From: Spirochaetia bacterium
GTDB taxonomy: Bacteria > Spirochaetota > Spirochaetia > UBA9216
DNA length: 64,000 nt
Assembly (NCBI GenBank): GCA_965140585.1
Contig: OZ223270.1
Span: 320,001-384,000 of the forward strand
Direction: 5' to 3'
Below, piece by piece: positions 28,981 to 37,503 of the stretch. The position numbers and the translations under genes are program-made. Position 1 is the stretch's first letter. Each line of letters begins with the position of its first letter. Under the pieces are notes generated by a model. It ran no database searches. It saw only the letters and a list, made by a program, of their open reading frames with translations, and was not told where the DNA came from.

Positions 28981-29376
28981 TTGATCGACCAGATACTTGA
29001 GTTGAAAAAAAAGTGTAATTTCGACCGCGAGATAGGAGAAGCCCTTAACCTTAAAGATAAGGAAATTTCCGCCATTGCCGCCATCGCTGAATGCAGTGAA
29101 CTTACATCAAAAGAAGTATCAGATCAGATTTTGCTGTCACCTTCCAGAGGAAGCAGGGTGATAACCGGCCTTATGGAAAAGGGCCTTGTTGAACTTAACC
29201 ACAACAGCGACGACAGAAGGGTTATCAATATCACTCTTACCAGGGCCGGAGAAGCATGCTACTCAAATATGGTTGAAGAAATAAAGAAATGCGAACGGCG
29301 CCTTACAGAGAATCTTACCGAGCAGGAAAAGCTGATTATTTCAGAAGGCCTGCAGATATTACTGAAAACGATATAG
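28981..29376 (+). CDS. MarR family transcriptional regulator with four Cys
   Basis: Winged HTH LSPSRGSRVITGLMEKGLV and DDRRVINITLTRAG; TTG 28981 has GGAG 6 nt upstream (the ORF track starts at TTG 28969). Confidence 0.9.
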   Translation: MIDQILELKKKCNFDREIGEALNLKDKEISAIAAIAECSELTSKEVSDQILLSPSRGSRVITGLMEKGLVELNHNSDDRRVINITLTRAGEACYSNMVEEIKKCERRLTENLTEQEKLIISEGLQILLKTI

Positions 29377-29384
29377 GAGAGAAA

Positions 29385-30047
29385 ATGGCTGAAACAAATA
29401 CTTCAAACGCAATAAATATAAGGTATTCGGATCTGGCGGAAACAAGCTGCTGCCTTTCATGCGGCGGGGCTGTAAATCATAGCAAGGCTAAAACCGGTGA
29501 GGTTTGTGTCGATCTTGGAAGCGGAAGAGGTACTGACGTCCTCAGGCTGGCTGAAGATGTGGGCGAAACAGGTTTTGTATACGGTATTGATCTTTCAGAC
29601 GGGATGATACGGAAAGCCGAAAAAACAGCAGAAAGGCTTGGCGTTAAAAACGTGAAATTTGAACAGGCGGATCTTGAAGCACTTCCGGTTGAAGATTCCA
29701 CCGTTAATCTAGTGATCTCAAACTGTGTAATTAATCATGCTGAAAACAAACAGAATGTATGGAACGAAGTTTACAGAATTCTGAAAAAGGGCGGACGCTT
29801 TGTTGTCAGTGATATCTATTCAAGTGAACCTGTTCCTGAAGAATATAAAAACGATCCTGAAGCAGTAGCAGAATGCTGGGCGGGCTCAGTTACCCGTGAA
29901 GTGTATCTGAATCAGCTTGCTGCAGCGGGATTTAAGGATGTAGAGATTCTTGAAGAAAGCAATCCCTACCCCAAAGGCAAGATTGAAGTTAGCAGCTGGA
30001 CCATTCTGGGCAAAAAACCGGGTGGCTGCAGCTGTAACAATAATTAA
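29385..30047 (+). CDS. SAM-dependent methyltransferase, arsenite methyltransferase (ArsM/AS3MT)-like
   Basis: DLGSGRG motif I; Cys motifs LSCGG, ISNCVIN and ECWAG equivalent to ArsM; extra SCC and terminal CSC; ATG 29385 with AGGAG RBS. Confidence 0.85.
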   Translation: MAETNTSNAINIRYSDLAETSCCLSCGGAVNHSKAKTGEVCVDLGSGRGTDVLRLAEDVGETGFVYGIDLSDGMIRKAEKTAERLGVKNVKFEQADLEALPVEDSTVNLVISNCVINHAENKQNVWNEVYRILKKGGRFVVSDIYSSEPVPEEYKNDPEAVAECWAGSVTREVYLNQLAAAGFKDVEILEESNPYPKGKIEVSSWTILGKKPGGCSCNNN

Positions 30048-30058
30048 AGGAGTGGTAG

Positions 30059-30154
30059 ATGAAATCACTTATCAAGAAGAAACCGGAAGGCAAAAAAGAA
30101 GTAGCTCAGTGCTGCGCTAAGCTTTCCAAAGTTGTGGCCGGCTGCCACGATTAA
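30059..30154 (+). CDS. Unannotated 31-aa Cys-rich peptide, putative radical SAM-modified RiPP precursor (MKSLIKKKPEGKKEVAQCCAKLSKVVAGCHD)
   Basis: AAGGAG at 30047-30052, 6 nt before ATG 30059; TAA at 30152-30154; Lys-rich leader-like half and Cys-containing core; directly upstream of a SPASM maturase. Confidence 0.85.
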   Translation: MKSLIKKKPEGKKEVAQCCAKLSKVVAGCHD

Positions 30155-30161
30155 TCCTTTA

Positions 30162-30192
30162 CCGGAGCGGAGGGTTTAATCCTCCGTTCCGG
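30162..30192 (+). other. Intergenic RNA hairpin after the precursor peptide gene
   Basis: CCGGAGCGGAGG-GTTTAAT-CCTCCGTTCCGG 12-bp stem with no clear U-tract. Confidence 0.75.
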
Positions 30193-30217
30193 ATCTTATC
30201 AGGGGCTATTTTAATTT

Positions 30218-31540
30218 ATGGAATATACATTATCGAAACATAATATTATCGGGAAACTTGCGGACTCAGAAAACTGGTACATCGTAAACCCTTTAAGCAG
30301 GAACGCAGACATCATTACTTCTGAAACCGCTGATGCGCTGAATGAGGGAACCTTTACAAATCATGAAGAACTTCTGGAAAAGGGCTACATCGTTGACCTC
30401 ACTGAAGAGGATAAAACATTCAGAACTGAATACCTGAGTTTCATTGACAACCGTGAAACTGATGAAATCCAAATCTTTTATGTACCGACCTATGCCTGCA
30501 ACTTTGCATGTTCATACTGCTACCAGGAAGGCTATTCTCATGATAAGAACGAAAAGCCGCTGGAAGTAATTGATGCATTTTTCAGTTACATCGATAAGGA
30601 ATTCGCCGGACGCAGAAAATATATAACCGTTTTCGGAGGCGAACCTATGCTGCCGGATCCGCTGACCCGGGAAAAACTCGGCCATATTATTAAGAATGCC
30701 AATGAGAGAAATCTGTCTCTTGCCTTTGTGACCAACGGCTATACCCTTGAATCCTACGTTCCGATGCTGCAGATGGCCAGCGTAAGGGAAGTACAGGTTA
30801 CCCTGGACGGACCGGCAGAAGTTCATGATAAGCGCAGAATGCTCAGAGGCGGAAAGGGTACTTTCAGTGAAATAGCCGACGGAATAAATGCAGCTCTCAG
30901 AGCAGACATTCCAATAAACCTGAGGGCGGTTATAGACAGGGACAACCTGCCTTCACTGCCTGAGCTTGCAGAGTTTGCAGTATCACAGGGATGGACCGAT
31001 AATAAACTTTTTAAAACACAGCTCGGCCGAAATTATGAACTGCACTACTGTCAGGCGGATGAGAACAGACTTTACGACAGACTGACAATGTATGCAGATC
31101 TGTATGAGCTTATTAAGAAAAATCCGGTGATAATGCAGTTTCACCGTCCGGCATATTCGATTTCAAGATTTCTATTTGACAACGGAGAGATGCCGGAACC
31201 GCTGTTTGACTCATGTCCGGGCTGCAAAACCGAGTGGGCCTTTGACTACACAGGAAACATCTACTCGTGCACCGCGACAGTCGGTAAGAGCGGAGAAGAA
31301 CTTGGAACTTTTTATCCTTCTGTTACAAGGAAGGAAGAAATAATAGAAGAATGGCAGGATCGCGATGTCACATCAATCAGTGAATGCGCGGACTGTTCAC
31401 TTAAGCTGGCATGCGGCGGAGGCTGTGCTTCTGTAGCCAAGAACAAATCCGGCAGGATTTGCTCCCCTGACTGCCGTCCTGTAGACGGACTGTTGTCATA
31501 CGGACTTTCGCTTTATTTCGGAGAAGAAGCGGAAGCTTAA
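30218..31540 (+). CDS. Radical SAM/SPASM domain peptide maturase
   Basis: CNFACSYC radical SAM motif, FGGEP, TNG, VTLDG...HDKRR; SPASM Cys pattern CPGC...IYSC...CADCSLKLACGGGC...C; N-terminal RRE-like segment ending LLEKGYIV. Confidence 0.92.
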   Translation: MEYTLSKHNIIGKLADSENWYIVNPLSRNADIITSETADALNEGTFTNHEELLEKGYIVDLTEEDKTFRTEYLSFIDNRETDEIQIFYVPTYACNFACSYCYQEGYSHDKNEKPLEVIDAFFSYIDKEFAGRRKYITVFGGEPMLPDPLTREKLGHIIKNANERNLSLAFVTNGYTLESYVPMLQMASVREVQVTLDGPAEVHDKRRMLRGGKGTFSEIADGINAALRADIPINLRAVIDRDNLPSLPELAEFAVSQGWTDNKLFKTQLGRNYELHYCQADENRLYDRLTMYADLYELIKKNPVIMQFHRPAYSISRFLFDNGEMPEPLFDSCPGCKTEWAFDYTGNIYSCTATVGKSGEELGTFYPSVTRKEEIIEEWQDRDVTSISECADCSLKLACGGGCASVAKNKSGRICSPDCRPVDGLLSYGLSLYFGEEAEA

Positions 31541-31576
31541 ATAAGTAATTTTAACCCACACGAAAGGAGTTTAGAT

Positions 31577-32860
31577 ATGGCAGGAAAAATTAAAGAGATT
31601 CAGCAGGCAGATTTTGAGAATGAAGTACTGAAAGCAGATAAGGTAGCTGTAGATTTCTACTCAACCGAATGTCCGCCCTGTGAGGCGCTTGCAGCTAAGT
31701 ATGAAAGCCTCAGTATAATATACGGTGATGATATAAAATTTATCAAAATATTCCGTCAGGGAAACAGAGAACTTGCACAGGAACTTGATATCAGCGGTTC
31801 ACCTACAGTTATATTCTATAATAACGGAGAGAGAACCGGAGCAACACTCACAGGCGGGATAAAAAGATCAGAGCTGATGGAAAACCTTGATGCTCTTCTT
31901 CCTGCAGAAAAAGTAGAAGAAATTCATGCAAAGATTGCACCCGTGGTTACCAACGCTGATGTTGTAATCCTCGGCGGCGGGCCTGCAGGTCTTACTGCAG
32001 GAGTATATCTTGCTCAGGCTCATCTTAAAACTATACTCGTTGATACAGCACTTCCCGGAGGATATGTTGCAACTACACACCAGGTATCAAACTATCCCGG
32101 TTTCATTGAACCGCAGCAGGGATACATGCTTAGCCATTACATGAGCGAGCAGGCAAAGGCTAATGGTGTTGAGTTCAGAAGTGCGGTTGAAGTAACAAAG
32201 GTCGACCTTGCAAACAAGAGTATTCTTGTAGACGGATTTGAAACAATAGAAGCCAAAAAGGTTGTTATAGCTACAGGCTCAAGACCAAGACCACTGGGAA
32301 TCCCCGGCGAAAAAGAATATGCAGGTCAGGGAATCAGTTACTGTGCAACATGCGACGGAAAATACTTTGAAGGAAAGGAAATCGTCGTTATAGGAGGCGG
32401 AAACTCTGCTATTGAAGAATCGCTATTCCTCTCAAAATTCGCCAGTAAAATAACCATTGTTCATCAGTTCGACACTCTGCAGGCAAACAAGGAAGCTCAG
32501 CAGAAAATCTTTGACGATCCTAAGGTTAACATCATGTTTGAACATGAGCCCAGAGAGTTTAAAAAATACGGCAACATGGACATGGCTGTAGTAGTTGAAG
32601 ATCTTAAAACCGGTGAAAAGAAAGAGGTTAAAACTAACGGTATTTTCGTATTCGTAGGCTTTATACCAAATCTTGAAAGCTTTCATGACAAACTTGAAAC
32701 AGACCAGTGGGGATATCTTAAGACCACTGAAAACATGGAAACAAATATCCCCGGAGTTTTTGCAGTGGGCGATGTTAAAACCAAGGCTTACCGCCAGATA
32801 ACAACCGCTGTTTCTGATGGAACAATTGCCGCAATTACAATATCAAAAGAACTTTCCTGA
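31577..32860 (+). CDS. Thioredoxin (N-terminal, CPPC) fused to thioredoxin reductase
   Basis: DFYSTECPPC and SPT Trx fold; GGGPAGLTAG, NYPGF, SYCATCDG, GGGNSA and VFAVGDV...QITTA TrxR motifs. Confidence 0.92.
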   Translation: MAGKIKEIQQADFENEVLKADKVAVDFYSTECPPCEALAAKYESLSIIYGDDIKFIKIFRQGNRELAQELDISGSPTVIFYNNGERTGATLTGGIKRSELMENLDALLPAEKVEEIHAKIAPVVTNADVVILGGGPAGLTAGVYLAQAHLKTILVDTALPGGYVATTHQVSNYPGFIEPQQGYMLSHYMSEQAKANGVEFRSAVEVTKVDLANKSILVDGFETIEAKKVVIATGSRPRPLGIPGEKEYAGQGISYCATCDGKYFEGKEIVVIGGGNSAIEESLFLSKFASKITIVHQFDTLQANKEAQQKIFDDPKVNIMFEHEPREFKKYGNMDMAVVVEDLKTGEKKEVKTNGIFVFVGFIPNLESFHDKLETDQWGYLKTTENMETNIPGVFAVGDVKTKAYRQITTAVSDGTIAAITISKELS

Positions 32861-32883
32861 TAAGTGGTTAGTTTCTAATATTG

Positions 32884-32920
32884 AAGCCTGTATCGTATAA
32901 CCCGGTGCAGGCTTTTTTTT
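32884..32920 (+). terminator. Rho-independent terminator closing the MarR-radical SAM operon
   Basis: AAGCCTGTATCG...CGGTGCAGGCTT running into an 8-T tract. Confidence 0.85.
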
Positions 32921-33003
32921 AATAGAATGACATTCAACACAAATCCGGAACCACGAGATTGATTGCAGGATACTAATAAATTAGAATAACTGCGGAGATA
33001 AAT

Positions 33004-33960
33004 ATGAAAAAACCAAAGGTTCTTGTTGGATTAAATGTTCCTGATTCTGTCAAACAGTACCTCGATACTTTCTGTGACTGTGAATACTTCAACCTGCGCG
33101 GTATTCCTCAGCTAGAGATTCTGCGCCGGATAAAAAACAAAAAGGGGCTGCTGATCGGTGGATCTAAAATTGACAAACAGCTTCTTGATGAGTCGCCGGA
33201 ACTTAAGGCGGTATGCTGCGCCTCTGTCGGATACAATAATGTTAATATCGAAGAAACCCGCAGGCGCGGAATTATTGTAACTAATACCCCCGGCGTTCTT
33301 AATGAAACTGTAGCCGATCTCATTCTGGCCCTCATGCTTTCAGTATCCCGCAGGATTGTAGAGCTTGACGGATATCTTAGAGCCGGGCTGTGGAAACCGG
33401 CTGATAATGAAAACCTGTTCGGTCTGGATGTACATCATAAAACACTTGGAATTATCGGCATGGGCCGTATTGGCGAAGCTGTTGCGAAGAGAGCTGTCGG
33501 CGGTTTTTCAATGAAGGTTCTATACCACAACAGAAACAGAAACTCCGAGGCGGAGAAAAAACTCGGCGCAGTATACTGTGAGTTTGGTCAACTTCTTTCA
33601 GATTCAGATTTTGTTCTTGTCATGACTCCGCTGACGGAACAGACCCGTAAAATGTTCGGCCGCAGGGAGTTTTCACTTATGAAAAACACCGCCTTTTTTA
33701 TAAATGCATCACGGGGGCAAATAGTTGATGAGGCCGCTTTGGCAGAGGCCCTGCAGAACGGAAGCATTGCAGGAGCCGGGCTTGACGTATTTGACGCAGA
33801 ACCGGTTACTTCGGACAACCCGCTTTTAAAATTTAAAAATACTGTTTTAGTCCCTCATATCGGTTCGGCCTCTTATCAGACTCGGGGCAATATGGCCATG
33901 CTGGCTGCACAAAATCTGAATGAAATTTTTAAAACCGGCAATGGAATAACTGAAGTTTAA
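33004..33960 (+). CDS. D-isomer-specific 2-hydroxyacid dehydrogenase (glyoxylate/hydroxypyruvate reductase-like)
   Basis: SVGYNN, TNTPGVL, GIIGMGRIG, INASRG, LDVFDAEP, PHIGSA. Confidence 0.92.
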   Translation: MKKPKVLVGLNVPDSVKQYLDTFCDCEYFNLRGIPQLEILRRIKNKKGLLIGGSKIDKQLLDESPELKAVCCASVGYNNVNIEETRRRGIIVTNTPGVLNETVADLILALMLSVSRRIVELDGYLRAGLWKPADNENLFGLDVHHKTLGIIGMGRIGEAVAKRAVGGFSMKVLYHNRNRNSEAEKKLGAVYCEFGQLLSDSDFVLVMTPLTEQTRKMFGRREFSLMKNTAFFINASRGQIVDEAALAEALQNGSIAGAGLDVFDAEPVTSDNPLLKFKNTVLVPHIGSASYQTRGNMAMLAAQNLNEIFKTGNGITEV

Positions 33961-34077
33961 TTTTGGTCAAGACTTAGAATTATTGTCTTTTTAGCCGAAT
34001 TTTAATTTTTTAATAACAGAGTTCTCAATATTTCTTAACAATATTTATTCATAGAAATGGTTTTTACGGAGAGATAT

Positions 34078-34527
34078 ATGTTAAAAACAAAAAAGATAAT
34101 ATTTACCATTGCAGCACTTATGCTGATGCTTACAATAATAGGCTGTTCAATCGAAATGGGGATATCGGCATCCGATGCAGACTATACATCTAAAAGCACC
34201 GCCGGTATTTCAATCAGCATCCAGCCCGGAGCTGAAGGCAGCAGGCGGGTTTCATCAGAAGCTTTTTCGGTTAAGACTCTGACAGTAATCATAACCGATG
34301 CTGCAGATGCAGATGCCGGCTCAGTATACTGGGTCTCAGGTGAAGGTGAAAAATTAATCAGCTTTTATCCGGATGCAGATAAAGACTACACTATCAAAAT
34401 TATCCAGAGCGGTGAAGAGAAGGGAGAAAAGAAAACCGTAACCGAGAGCTCAAGCCTTTATCTTTCAGAAAGCGATGTGGTAAACCTGATAATTGTTCCA
34501 GGCTATGCCTTGATCATCGTAAACTAA
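34078..34527 (+). CDS. Putative lipoprotein
   Basis: MLKTKKIIFTIAALMLMLTIIG-C lipobox-like signal; GGAG upstream of ATG 34078. Confidence 0.7.
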   Translation: MLKTKKIIFTIAALMLMLTIIGCSIEMGISASDADYTSKSTAGISISIQPGAEGSRRVSSEAFSVKTLTVIITDAADADAGSVYWVSGEGEKLISFYPDADKDYTIKIIQSGEEKGEKKTVTESSSLYLSESDVVNLIIVPGYALIIVN

Positions 34528-34545
34528 TCAGAGCATAAAATGAGA

Positions 34546-35667
34546 TTAGAGGGTCTGCACAGCCTCAGGCTTTCCGCTCTCTGAGCTGCGGTAGGCTGCA
34601 TCCAGAACAAACTGGGCTTTGGCACCGTCCTCTGCTCCCGGCCTGAAAGCTGAACCATCAGAGATGGACTTTAGAAACCTGTACTGATTTTCACAGTGAA
34701 AGCGCTGCCAGCCGATAACGGAACGGGGGGTCGGTATAACGGCACCCGAATAATGCTGAGCTGTTTCAAGCCGTTTCCATCCGTCTTCTTTCTGCGCCTC
34801 ATCAAACCAGTACAGATATCCCGGATCCATTAGATTAAACCTGAAAGATCCCCTGCTGCCGAAAACCGTGATATTCAGCTCATCAAGCGTCCCGGTCGCG
34901 AAACGTGAAACCTCAATCGTCCCTGTGCCTCCTGAAGCAAGTTCACAATGAAGCCATGCCGCATCATCAACAGTAACCGGCTTTTTATTCGAAACTCCTG
35001 CATATTCAGGCCTTTCTTTTATATAAGTTTTAACATCAGCCCTGACGGTCTTAAAATCACCAAGCAGATATGCAAGCAGGTCGATTACATGGACGCCCAG
35101 ATCAGCTATGGCGCCGCCGCCGGAACGGCTGAAATCCATCCGCCATGACCAGGGCTTTTCAGCATTCTGATAACCGGTATGGAAATATTCACCCCTGAAA
35201 GAGTAAACCTCACCCAGCCGTCCCTGCTCTATGAGCTCTCTGGCTTTAAGAATTGCAGGCACAAAACGGTAATTGAAGATCATTCCAAGTGTTTTATCGG
35301 AGCGCCGGGAGGCTTCAAGCACTTCAGAAGCCTCGGCGGCATTTAGTGCCAGAGGCTTTTCACACAGAACATGCTTTCCGGCTTCAAGAGACTTCAGGAT
35401 CTGCTCTTTATGCAGATAATTCGGGGAGACAATATCTACAACATCCACCTCCGGATCAGCAAGAACCTCATCGAGACTGCCGTAACCGAGTTCCATACCA
35501 GCAGCCTCTGCAGTGGCGGCAGATCGCTGTGGTGTTGAAGCAAGAAGACCTTTAATCCTCAACGGAGGAATAATCCCCGGATAATATTCTCTGATATCAC
35601 GGTATCCAAGAAGATGAATCCGCCCAATCGAACCAAAACCTAAAAAAGCAATATTGATTGTTTTCAT
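34546..35667 (-). CDS. Gfo/Idh/MocA family oxidoreductase
   Basis: GFGSIG, SPNYLH, HVLCEKP, FNYR, GGAIADLGVH; start at ATG 35667 after TTGAGA-17-TACGAT-7. Confidence 0.9.
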   Translation of the reverse strand: MKTINIAFLGFGSIGRIHLLGYRDIREYYPGIIPPLRIKGLLASTPQRSAATAEAAGMELGYGSLDEVLADPEVDVVDIVSPNYLHKEQILKSLEAGKHVLCEKPLALNAAEASEVLEASRRSDKTLGMIFNYRFVPAILKARELIEQGRLGEVYSFRGEYFHTGYQNAEKPWSWRMDFSRSGGGAIADLGVHVIDLLAYLLGDFKTVRADVKTYIKERPEYAGVSNKKPVTVDDAAWLHCELASGGTGTIEVSRFATGTLDELNITVFGSRGSFRFNLMDPGYLYWFDEAQKEDGWKRLETAQHYSGAVIPTPRSVIGWQRFHCENQYRFLKSISDGSAFRPGAEDGAKAQFVLDAAYRSSESGKPEAVQTL

Positions 35668-35783
35668 CCCATTTATCGTAACCATATAAGCCCGTTTTCT
35701 CAAGATTTAAATGAGGATATTTCAAAGATCTGTTTTAATTACCTATCCTTGACTTTCCGCCAGATTATGCCACAATTAAGTTC

Positions 35784-36605
35784 ATGTATGATCTAAGTGG
35801 AAAAACAGCTGTTGTAACCGGCGGCGCCGGTGGTATAGGCTTTGACACAGTTGTCCGGCTTCTTAAGGAAAAGTGCCGGGTTGCGGTCTGGGACGCGTCG
35901 GAAACAGGAATGAAGGAGGCATCAGTTAAACTGATTGACTATTCGAACATGCTTCTGTGGAGGAAGGTCGATATTGCCGATCCGAAAGATACCAATGCAG
36001 CCGCGGAAGAACTGAAAGCCTCATGGGGCTCACCGGATATACTGATAAACAACGCAGGAGTAATGCGCAGAGGGACATTCCTTGAAGGAAAAAATTCCGA
36101 CTGGCCGCTGACTATTGATGTAAACCTGAATGGTGTAATGAATACAATAAAGGAATTTCTGCCTGATATGTATGAAAGAAATTCCGGACACATTGTGAAT
36201 ATCTCTTCTGCCGCTGGAATGCTCGGAGTATCAGGCCTGGCAGTTTATTCAGCAAGCAAATGGGCTGTTCACGGACTTACAGATTCTCTTCGGGAGGAAG
36301 CCTACACGGCCGGCAAGAACGTCCGCTTCAGTTCTGTACATCCTTTTTACATTGCAACCGGACTCTTCGAAGGGGCTCAAATAAAAGGCCTCGGGAATAT
36401 TCTTGTCCCGAGAGTTAAAAACCATGATGTTATTGCTAAAGCAATTGTTGAAGATGCCCTGCGGCGCGGAAGAATTAAAATATACAGGCCGCGCTCACTG
36501 TTTCTAATAGACCTGCTTAAAGGAATCCTGCCCTACCCGGCCTTTGTACGATTTATTCGCCTTCTAAAAGTTCAGGACAGCATGAATTATCACAGGAAAA
36601 AATAA
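35784..36605 (+). CDS. Short-chain dehydrogenase/reductase
   Basis: TGGAGGIG, NNAG, ISS and YSASK motifs. Confidence 0.92.
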   Translation: MYDLSGKTAVVTGGAGGIGFDTVVRLLKEKCRVAVWDASETGMKEASVKLIDYSNMLLWRKVDIADPKDTNAAAEELKASWGSPDILINNAGVMRRGTFLEGKNSDWPLTIDVNLNGVMNTIKEFLPDMYERNSGHIVNISSAAGMLGVSGLAVYSASKWAVHGLTDSLREEAYTAGKNVRFSSVHPFYIATGLFEGAQIKGLGNILVPRVKNHDVIAKAIVEDALRRGRIKIYRPRSLFLIDLLKGILPYPAFVRFIRLLKVQDSMNYHRKK

Positions 36606-36847
36606 TGGCAACATCAGCCATTTATAAAATTGCTACGGCAATATCTGCAGCACTTCTATTTTCAGTCTGTAACAACGGTCCGGCAACAGAGGAGTCCTGG
36701 CAGGCAGTCAAGGACAGTGCTGCAGTATGGCTGGCTCTGACCGAGGACTGGAACAGCTGGAATACACCCGAACTTGTCATATCTGCCGGAAACACAGCCG
36801 GGTCCGGAGACATTTTCTTTGTTGTAACCCCGAGGGAACAGACATAG
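36605..36847 (+). CDS. Small hypothetical exported protein or gene remnant
   Basis: TAATG coupling to the SDR gene with AGGA upstream; signal-like N-terminus ending SVC; no recognisable domain. Confidence 0.35.
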   Translation: MATSAIYKIATAISAALLFSVCNNGPATEESWQAVKDSAAVWLALTEDWNSWNTPELVISAGNTAGSGDIFFVVTPREQT

Positions 36848-36898
36848 CTCGCTATGACGGTGATCCATGGATGGCAAAAGCAAAATAAAGATATAAAA

Positions 36899-36924
36899 TA
36901 CAACCTTTTTGAATTACAAACGTA
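36899..36924 (+). promoter_or_regulatory. ECF-type autoregulatory promoter
   Basis: TACAAC-N16-CGTA with a T-tract after the -35, 9 nt before the sigma ATG. Confidence 0.65.
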
Positions 36925-36933
36925 TATAAAAGT

Positions 36934-37503
36934 ATGAATGGTTTAAGAGAGCAGCTGAAAATATTCAGCTGTTCATTCAGCGAAAAAAAGTTAATTGAAA
37001 TCTTTGAACAAATCTGGTTCGAATACTATCCAAAACTCACTGTATACATTCAGGTCAGTTTTAATATCAGCGAATGTGAAGACCTTATACAAGAAATAAT
37101 GCTGAAAGTCTTTAAAAACCTGTCGGACTATAATCCGGTTTTCTCATTCAACACCTGGATTTTTTCTATTGCCCGGAATCATGTAATTGACGAGTTAAAA
37201 AAATCAGCCACTGCAGACCGGACAGTCAGCCGGCTCAAATCTGATTATCACAGTACAGAGTTCTACAAATACGGGTCACCTGAGAGCCTACAGCTGCGGG
37301 AAGTTTTAAAAAAAGACATACAGATTTTTATAGAAAAACTGCCGAAGCCGGAAAGACAAATTTCATATCTCAGGTTTTATGAGGAGCTTAAGTACTCGGA
37401 AATTTCAAAAATAACAGAGATACCTGAAGGCTCTGTTAAAAGCCATGTGCACAATATTAGAAAGAAACTTAAAGAATACTACGGGGAGGAATATGAAAAC
37501 TGA
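36934..37503 (+). CDS. ECF RNA polymerase sigma factor
   Basis: EDLIQEIMLKVF, FNTWIFSIARNHVID (region 2); LKYSEISKITEIPEGSVKS (region 4). Confidence 0.92.
   Translation: MNGLREQLKIFSCSFSEKKLIEIFEQIWFEYYPKLTVYIQVSFNISECEDLIQEIMLKVFKNLSDYNPVFSFNTWIFSIARNHVIDELKKSATADRTVSRLKSDYHSTEFYKYGSPESLQLREVLKKDIQIFIEKLPKPERQISYLRFYEELKYSEISKITEIPEGSVKSHVHNIRKKLKEYYGEEYEN

Noticed and set aside
29289-29384. Longer N-terminus of the methyltransferase in the ORF track
   Set aside because: Overlaps marR by 88 nt; ATG 29385 has a proper AGGAG RBS.
30218-31540. Radical SAM enzyme as arsenosugar enzyme ArsS, arsinothricin enzyme ArsL or an anaerobic sulfatase maturase
   Set aside because: It has a full SPASM domain, an RRE-like N-terminus and an adjacent peptide gene, and no sulfatase is nearby; a peptide maturase fits better, though an HMM check is still needed.
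33975-34001. Sigma28-like TAGA-N15-GCCGAATT upstream of the lipoprotein gene
   Set aside because: Several mismatches in AT-rich DNA and no supporting motility context; too weak to call.
36605-36936. Stop-codon readthrough (pyrrolysine) at TAG 36845-36847
   Set aside because: The downstream frame only crosses the ECF promoter with no recognisable domain, and no pyl genes are present.
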